Assembly: GCA_004431415.1 (NCBI GenBank) | Contig: QPMI01000588.1 | Span: 124,001-188,000, forward strand | Origin: Cyanophora paradoxa CCMP329 | Taxonomy: Eukaryota; Plantae; Glaucophyta | Direction of reading: 5' to 3' | DNA length: 64,000 nt | Shown here: positions 56,566 through 64,000 of the stretch, in pieces | How positions within the stretch are numbered: the stretch's first letter is position 1 | How the letters are laid out: each line of letters begins with the position of its first letter | Translations under genes and position numbers: made by a program | The notes under the pieces: model-generated | What the model was told of the DNA's origin: nothing | The model's input: the letters and a program-made list of their open reading frames with translations, nothing else | The model's database searches: none

Positions 56566-58663
56566 ATGGAGGACGACGCCGCGGCAGCGGAGCCGCTCGC
56601 CGCGCGCTCGGAGTCAAGCCGGCACGCGCACACCACCGGGCGCTCGGAGAAGCTGCAGAACCTCTCGGTGGCCTCGGAGCCCTCAGAGTCTCCGTCTGGG
56701 GAGCCGCGGGGCGCCAAGGAGCCGCCGGAGGGCGGCCTCCTCGCGTGGCTCGTCGTCTTCGCCTCGTTCATCGTGCACGTCTGCGTCCTCGGCATGCAGG
56801 CGCGCCCCAGAGAGATCTGCTCGCACCTGCGCCGCCTCACCGCCCCCGCCGCAGTACTCGGCCGGCGTCTTCATCGTGCCCTACACGAGGGCGTTCAACG
56901 TCGGCCGCGGCGCCGTCTCCGTCGTCAGTGCGCCCGCCCGCCCCGCCCCGCCGCGCTGCCGTCGCTTCGAATTCCCGTACCCACCGCGGGGCAGGCACGA
57001 TCGCGACCGTCCTGTTCCCCCTCGCGGGGGCCCTCGTGGGCGCCGTCGCGGACCGCTGGGGGTACCGCAAGGTCGTCGCCGTGGGCGGGGTACTCTTCTG
57101 CGCCGGCTTCGCCATCAGCGCCTCCGCCCAGGAGGTCTGGCACCTCTACCTCACCCAGGGCGCGCCCCCGTACCCCCCGCCAGCCCACGCGTACCCCCCT
57201 CCCCCGCCTGAGCCGTACCCCGCAGGCCTCATCGTGGGGCTCGGCGCCTCGGCGCTCTACTTCCCCTCCGTCTCCGTCGTATCCCAGTGGTTCAAGAAGA
57301 GGTGCGGTACCCCCGTCTTCCCCTCTCGCCCGCCGCCCACGCGGGCGCCGCAGGCGGCGGGGCCTGGCGGTGGGCCTGGCGGTCTCGGGCTCGGGGGTCG
57401 GCAACTTCGCCTTCGCGCCCCTCATCGAGGCCCTCATCGCCTCCCAGGGCTGGCGGGTGCCCCCCCCCCCGCCCCCCGAGGCTCCTCCCCCGGGCCCCCC
57501 TCACGCCGCGCCGCGCGCCACGCCGCAGAACGCGCTGCTGGTGATCACGGCGCTGAACGCCGGCCTCCTCTCCGTCGCCGTCGGCTTCCTCCGCCGCCGC
57601 CTCGTCCCGCCCCCGCCCCCGCCGGGCCCCGACGGCGCCCCCGCGCGGCGGCCGCCCCTCTTCGACCTCTCGCTCCTCCGCATGCGCAACTTCCGCCTCC
57701 TCTACCTCGCCACCGCCACCGGCCAGCTCGGCAATCTCATGTCCGCCCCCCGCCCCCCGCTCAGATCCGATCCGATCCGATCCGAGCCGGGGCGACGCGG
57801 CGCAGGCCGTTCGCGCACGTGTCGCCGTTCGCGCAGGACTACGGCATGAGCGCCTCGTACGGGGCCATCCTCGTCTCCATCCTCGGCGCCGGCTCCGCCG
57901 CCGGCCGCGTCCTCCTCGGCCTCGTCGCCGACCGCTGGGGCCCCGTCCCCGTCCTCCGCCTCGCCATGCTCGTCAACGCCCTCGCCATGCTCGCCTGGCC
58001 CTGGTGCACCGCGCCCCCGGCCCTCGCCGCCTTCTGCGCCCTCTACGGCTTCACCGTGCGCCCCCTGCCCCGCGCCGGCTTCGCCCTGCACCCCCTGAGC
58101 CTCCCCTGCGCAGGGCGGGGGCTTCATCAGCCTGCTGCCGGTGGTGTCGGCGGAGCTCTTCGGGGTGGAGCGCCTGGCGCGGGCGGTGGGCCTGCTCTTC
58201 ACCTCCTTCGGCGTCGCCAACGCCGTCGGCTCGCCCCTCGCCGGCTTCCTCTTTGACGCCACCGGCTCCTACACCCCCGCCATCCTGGCATTCTCCGGTG
58301 CCATCCCCCTCTTACGGGGGGGCGGAGAGGCTCCGGTCCGCTGACCAGAGCGCGCCCGCAGCGTGCATGTTCGTCTCTGTCGGCTTCCTCCTCTTTGTCC
58401 GCGTCGAGCGCCCAGCCGGCGCCGCCGTCGCCCCGGCCCCCGCCCCCCCGCCGTCCGCCGGCGAGGGCGCCCCCCTCTCCTCCTTCTCCTCCTCCGGATC
58501 GGCGCTGAAGCCCGAGCCCGAGCCCGGGGCCGGCCTCGTTCCGGCGGGCGGTGACCGGCTCCAGGGAGCCTTGCCGCCCGACGGGGTGATCGCCGCGTCT
58601 TTGGGGGGCGCGCCGCCGCCAGCGCCGCCGCCCGTCAAGGCCCCAGCCACCATCGCCGTCTGA
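56566..58663 (+). CDS. MFS monocarboxylate transporter (SLC16/MCT family), multi-exon
   Basis: PPEGG..AWLVVFASF, GAVADRWGYR, SQWFKKR/RGLAVGLAVSGSGVG, GRVLLGLVADRWG, GSPLAGFLFDATGSY. Alternative ATG at 56506. Confidence 0.92.
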
Positions 58664-59979
58664 TCATGAATGCGATCCGTTCGAGTTCGGTGGTGGCGCC
58701 CCGGCCGCGGCCCTGCTCAAACACTATGAGCAGGAAGATGTATAAGCTGTCAACTGCCAGTTGACACTGCCACGAGGTCGACGTCGAGCTACGTACTACG
58801 GTATACTGCCAGTCAATCGATGAGCTATATATAGCTACGGACTATGAGCTACGTATCTGAGGCTATGAGCCACGGCGTTACGTGTACTAGGGTAGGCTAT
58901 AAAGCTATATACAGATTCAATTCGCAGGCCGCGCGCGTGCCAGGTTCAACCGTTGAACGTTTAAGAATATATTTTCGAGAGCCTTCGTCCAGATCCAGTT
59001 CGATTAGCTATAGAGAGACTCTGAAAAGGGTCCCCGGCCCCCGCACCTAGGAGGCGGCGGCAGCGCGGCAGGCGGAGCTCGAGGAGGCCGCGCGCGTTCA
59101 GGCACTAAACTTGAAAGCGATCATCGGATCCGGATATATAATCAAATGCAAACAGAGAACATCACACTGCATCACGGAAGAGAAAGAAATGGCGACAAGC
59201 GCCCGGCCTGCAGCTGGCGGAGACTGCCGCAGTGCAGCTGGCCATGGTGCCGGTGGGCGCGAAAAATCGTAGTTTCGAATTCGAAGACTGCTAAGCTACA
59301 GCTAAGCGGGGACCTAGACTCTGAGAGTCCTTTGAAATAGATTTAATTTGCATCGAGAGAAGGAAAACGAACAGAGCGAGAGAGGGGGCGGCTCGTGGCC
59401 ATGGTCAGACGTCGACGCGCGCACGTTTGCTCGGAGCGGCCATTCAACGATCACCACTGTGCTCATTGCTGCAGACGTCGACTAGCTATACGGCTAGCGC
59501 ATCGAACCGGAGGTCTCCTAAACTCGTCGCTTCGACTGCAAAGAGCTGTACCCCCCGCGGCGCTGCTGACACCTACTGCGATTGTACCCCATCCGTTTTT
59601 GCTGTCCCCCCGGCCCCTCCGATTGGCTGTACCCGGGACCCTTAAGCTTGATCATGAGCTCGAGGTGATTGCGATCGAGAAGCTAGCTATAGGGAGCTCG
59701 AGGGCAGCACTGCATGCGGCAGATCCGGCCGGGCGGATCGGAATGAAATTCAAATTCAAACTTGAAAAGAGGATTCGGGGGTTCATGATCAACTACGTAT
59801 ACGTATAAACAACAATTCCGAGGTTCGAATTCGAATCTCGATCGGGTGCAGTCGAGGGAGGACGAATTCGAATTCGAAAGGCAAGGCGCGCCCCCTCGAG
59901 CTCGGCCTCGATCGCGATCGCGATCGCGATCGATCTTGATGGACGCGCACCGCCCCCGGCTCTAGATCTAGATCCAGAT

Positions 59980-61337
59980 CTAGAGGAGCGGGGCGGCGTG
60001 GCGGTCGGCGAGGGCCGCCTCGTCGGCGGGGCCGAAGGCGAAGGCGGCGGCGGCGTCCCCCTCGGCCAGCGCCCCGGCGCCCTCCTCCTCGCCCTGCAGC
60101 TGCGCCCTCGGATCGGATCGGACGTCGACGCTGGGCGGGGAGAGGGGCCTGGGGGAGGGGGGGCGGCCCACCTCGAGACCCCAGGCGGCGCCCGCGCCGT
60201 CCGAGTCGCCCGCGGCCGCGCCGTCCGCCGAGTAGGGGGCGGGGGCCTCCGAATCCACCTGACGGTTCACGTCGTCGCGGGCCACCCCCTCCCTGAGCGC
60301 GTCCTCCCAGGTGTACCCCTGCCCCGTGTACTGGTCCCCCGCCAGCCGGAAGTCAAACGGGTTGAAGCTCTTGTCTGCACATGCGGGGTACGGCGTGAGG
60401 CTCCGCTGGCATGGCTCCGGGTCGAGAGGGACTGCACCTCGGCAGTGCTCCGCGTAAAAGGACTTCATGTTCCGCCAGATGGTCCGGGGGTTGCTGCAGC
60501 AGTGGATTTTGCCGTGCCCGCCCACCTTCGCCCCGTACGTCTTCACGACGGCCCAGGTCGATCCTGCACAAGTTCATCCGATCGGCTGTAGTGTTTTGAA
60601 AGCATGTCGACTGACCTGCAGGGCAGCACACGCCTTCCTTGTACTTGCTGAACTCGTGCTGAGGTTTGAAGTCCGAAGACTTAGCACTCTTGATGTTCTT
60701 GTGCTGCAGCAGCGAAAGCAATCAGCTGCAGTCTTGAAGGTAGGCGAGCGACGGGCCGGGCACGCGAACCTCGGTCTCGTAGATCGTGTACATCTCGCGC
60801 AGCTGGGGCTGGCTGGAGCCTAAGCCGTCCTTCGCGATGAGCTCGGCAGTCCCTTTCGCCGGATAGAGCACGACGCCCTTGTCGCCGTGGCAGTTGCCTT
60901 TCCACTTCCAGCTGGGCAGCTTCCTGCACATGTACAGGGCGACGGCCGCGGCGATCAGCAGGGCGGGAACGAGGGCGCCGCGCGGGGACGCGCGGGCCGG
61001 GGCCGGGGCGCCGATATCGATTCGGGAATCGGCCCGCAGGCGCCCTCGAACGAATGCACACGCACATCGCCGCCTTCTTGGCTTCCTCTTTCAATCTCAG
61101 CTCCTCGGCCCACCGCTTTTCCTCCTCGGCTTCTTTCTGAGCTGCAAGGGCTCTTTCCCGCTCGTAGCGCTGGGCTGCAGAAATCTGGTGCTGCTCATCA
61201 TACGCCGCCCGGGCGGCCTGAGCCGCGCGCGCCTCGGCTCGAGCCGCTCTCTGCATGTCCTTGGTCGGGAATCGCGCGAGCGTCGCCTGGCGATCCGCCT
61301 CGAGTTGTTCCTTGGTCCACTTGGACTGCGTCGCCAT
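59980..61337 (-). CDS. Hypothetical Cys-rich protein with N-terminal coiled coil and probable TM segment, multi-exon
   Basis: Consecutive protein-like minus-strand segments (MATQSKWTKEQ.., ALLIAAAVALYMCRK.., KTYGAKVGGHGKIHCCSNP..). Confidence 0.5.
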
Positions 61338-62052
61338 GCCGGCTGGTCTCTGCGCACTCGAGCCTGATGGCAGTCGTGTACTCAGCGCGGTCGGCTGATG
61401 TTTCTGTGCTTCTCGGCCGCGGCAGTCACACTATAGCTAGCCTAGTAGTCACTAGCTATAGTGCTGCTTCTCCAAGCTCCCGCCGGGCCCGGCCGGCGCC
61501 GCAGCGCTCGCTGCTGGGTACCGGTAGCTGCAGACTGGATTGGATCAGACGTCGACTTTTTTCCCGATCGGCGAGAACCTCCTTCGAGTTTCGAATTCGA
61601 ATTCGAAATTTCCAGTTCGAATTCGATCGATCACGAATTCGAGCCTGATCGCGGCCCGCCCCAATTGCAAACTCCGGCCGGCCGCGCGCGGGCCCGGCCC
61701 CCGGGCCCTTCTTGCGCGGTTCTGAGTCATGATCATGATCATCTTATCTAGCCCGGCGGCCCCGGCCATCACGTGCACGCTCCCCATGGCCAAGGCCAGT
61801 GTCGATCGCGAAAATGGGTACGTATACCAAGGTTCAAAATTAAGTTTGAGCTAAATCGCTTTTTGAATTCACCGACAGGACATGTACAGACACAGCTGCA
61901 AACCTAAGGGCATTTCCTCCTCCCTCGGAGTCCCTCCTACCCGGCCCACCCCTGAAGGCCGACCCATTAGATTCTCGCATCAATTGATTGTTGTGCGCGT
62001 GTAGGTACGAGCCCCGCGGGCGTGCGAGAGCGGCGGGACGCAGGGGTGCGGG

Positions 62053-62117
62053 ACGGACTCAGGGGGCGGCGCAGGTCGGGGGCACGCCTGTTTTCGCCGC
62101 CTCCATCACTGCTCCGC
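62053..62117 (-). promoter_or_regulatory. Type II eukaryotic SECIS element
   Basis: Minus strand GCGGA-GCA-GUGAU-GGAGGCGGCG-AAAA-CAGG..CCUG-CGCCGCCCCC-UGAG-UCCGU gives helix I, RUGAN/NGAN core, helix II (1 mismatch), AA bulge and apical mini-stem. Confidence 0.85.
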
Positions 62118-62189
62118 GGGGCGGGCGTCGTCCGCGCCCCCGCCGCCGCTGCTCATCGAGGGCCTCGCGGGGCTGAGCGGATCCGGCGC

Positions 62190-62640
62190 TCAGGCGCCGA
62201 GCTTGCCGAGCGCCTCCTCGATCTTGGCGATGAGGATGCTCTCGATCTCGCTCGGGTCGAAGCGGCGCGGGTTCCAGCGGCTGGCGGTCGGCAGCGTGAG
62301 GGACGTTCGGGGCTGCTCGGAGCGCGAGCTCGGGAGGAGCTCAGCTCACCTCTGGTTCTCCTTCAGGATCTGGACGTTGACAGCTTTATCGCCCACCTGT
62401 TCCAGAGTGACGGTAATAATGTTCGGCCTGAACACCGCGCGCGTCAAGCAGGGGCCGGCGCCGGGCCTGGGGCCAGGGATCGAAACCAATTGCAAGCACT
62501 CACCCGAAGTCTCCGCTGTCGACGCATTGCGCGCTGGGAAAGCGTTTGTTGATCATGCGTCGGCAGGCGGAGAACTCGCTCCACCCGCCTCAGGCGCGGT
62601 TGTAAGCGATGGTAAATGTCAACGGCAAATCCGCGGCCAT
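62190..62640 (-). CDS. Rdx/SelW-like selenoprotein (101 aa, Sec17); exons 62640-62504, 62427-62350, 62280-62190
   Basis: MAADLPLTFTIAYNRA-U-GGWSEFSACRRMINKRFPSAQCVDSGDFGPNIITVTL..IEEALGKLGA*. In-frame TGA at 62592-62590, two GTGAG..CAG introns, SECIS in the 3' UTR. Confidence 0.85.
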
Positions 62641-63182
62641 CGTTCTGAACTCTCTGCGCGACGCGGAAGAACGGGGTCAGATGAAGGTGCGCATGCCGGT
62701 CCCGAAACAACCCTCACACCCTCACACAGCGCCGCCTCATGCCGTGCGTACACCCTCACAGAGCGCCGCCAGGCCCTTCTATGAACGCTAGCTGACCATC
62801 CAAACGCAGTAGAGTGGTAGGCGCACCTGGAACTTGAGTGGAAGACTCGAAACGCCGAGGCGAGGTTGCGAGATTGGGGGTACGCGGCTGGTCAGCGTTG
62901 TACCCCCAGTGAACACTGCGGCGTGACTGCGCCGTGACTGCGGCGCCTCAACGCCCGGGGGATCCGCAGCGAGGGCATCTCGTCCATCACGCGCAGCACG
63001 TTTCGCTAATCTCATTGCATGGGAGGCCGGTGGATGGGCATGGTCGGGCCGCTGTACTTGGGCCAGCCAAGAGCCTGCTTGCGGCAACACGCCTGCTAGC
63101 TATAGCTAAAGGACAGCATCTTTCTGATAGAAAGGGCCCGAGCTGTGACCTGCTTCTTGAAAGCCAGCTTTAGAACTGGGCG

Positions 63183-63881
63183 ATGGCGGACCCCGCAGTG
63201 GAACCTGCCAGCCTGGCGGCGGTGGGCGAGGAGATGGACGAGGATGACGTTCCGCCGTACGCGCGCTTCGGCATGGACCGCGCGGCGAGCGAGAGCGACT
63301 CGGACGAGAGCTCGACCCCGCGGGCGGCGGGGCCCGAGGAGGAGGCGGCTGCGCCCGCCGCCGCCCCCGCGCCGCCGGTGATGCTCCTCGAGCACGAGGA
63401 GGAGGAGGCGCCGCTCTTCACCACGGGCGTCGACAAGGAGGCGAGCGAGCGAGCGCCGGGCTCGCGGGCGCCTCGGGCGGGGCGCGGGGCGGGGCGGCTG
63501 ATCGGGCGGGGCGGGCGGCAGATGGACTTGTTGTCGGAGAGGAGCCCGCGCTCGCGGCGGGACTCGCACATCTCGGCGCGGAGCAAGAGCTCGCGGCGCG
63601 GCTCCGGCTCGGACAGCCGCGGCTCGACCCCGGAGTACATGTCCTACCTCGAGAAGGTACCCCCGCGTTCCCCCCTCCCAAGGCAAGGCTTCCGCGGCTC
63701 ACGGGCGGGCGGCCCCGCACGCGCAGCACGGCCTGCGCAAGTTCGGCGTGGAGGAAGGGGACGAAACGGTGCTGGGGGCGCTCCCCTCGGGCCGCGCCTT
63801 CTCGCACCGGCTCCGCCTCGAGTCGGCCCGCGTCAGCCTCGACGACGTCTCCGAGCAGCCGCGCCAGGCCGCCATGTTCCC
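63183..63881 (+). CDS. 5' part of a hypothetical acidic/Ser-rich gene, truncated at a duplication junction
   Basis: MADPAVEPASL..GVDKE / MDLLSERS..YLEK / HGLRKFGVEE..AMFP, then a switch into a copy of 56188 onward. Confidence 0.55.
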
Positions 63882-64000
63882 GCTGTTCGCGTACCCACAC
63901 ACGGGGCCGAAGTTGCAATTGCGTGTTTTAAGGCCGCCGGCGGCCGGTGGAAGGAGCGCACGCCGAAGGGCAGCAGGAGCACGCGCTCCGCCCTGCGCGT
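63882..64000 (+). repeat. Direct copy of 56188-56297 (Bfr1/MCT intergenic region), running off the window end
   Basis: GCTGTTCGCGTACCC...GTGTTTTAAGGCCG.CGGCGGCCGGTGGAAGGAGCGCACGCCGAAGGGCAGCAGGAGCACGCGCTCCGCCCTGCGCGT shared. Confidence 0.9.

Noticed and set aside
62190-62192. Terminal TGA of the selenoprotein as a second Sec
   Set aside because: Readthrough gives low-complexity sequence running into the SECIS, and the protein ends naturally at the last helix. Not formally excluded.
29900-64000. Many long Arg/Ala/Pro/Gly-rich ORFs in the track
   Set aside because: Shadow frames of very GC-rich DNA overlapping the spliced genes.

Overview
GC-rich, intron-dense eukaryotic (protist/algal-type) genomic DNA; the host cannot be identified from sequence alone. 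Positions 2824-29508 are an AT-rich endogenous Polinton-like virus (PLV) with intact ends: a 6-bp target-site duplication (GCTCGG), 1368-bp terminal inverted repeats (TIRs), and an 85-nt fold-back hairpin at each end carrying three tandem GCGAAGC mini-hairpins. It encodes a double-jelly-roll major capsid protein (MCP), two penton-like proteins, an A32-type packaging ATPase, a PrimPol-D5/SF3 primase-helicase, a pPolB N-terminus (terminal protein/vOTU-like protease) fused to a phage-type fibre, four paralogous fibre genes and a prokaryotic-type SAM decarboxylase. I found no integrase and no polymerase catalytic domain. Two elements are nested in it: a gag-only LTR retrotransposon (6512-11858, TSD ATATT) at codon 3 of the MCP gene, and a Helitron-like insert (27550-28824) in the right TIR. 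Removing both leaves about 20.06 kb. The host part holds a very large LamG/Cys-rich membrane protein gene, F-box/LRR genes, thymidylate kinase, a Bfr1-like protein, an SLC16/MCT transporter and a few hypothetical genes. It also holds a small Rdx/SelW-like selenoprotein, missed by the ORF track, with an in-frame UGA, an NxxU motif and a type-II SECIS. A duplication junction lies at 63882. All protein family calls are by eye from motifs; no searches were run.
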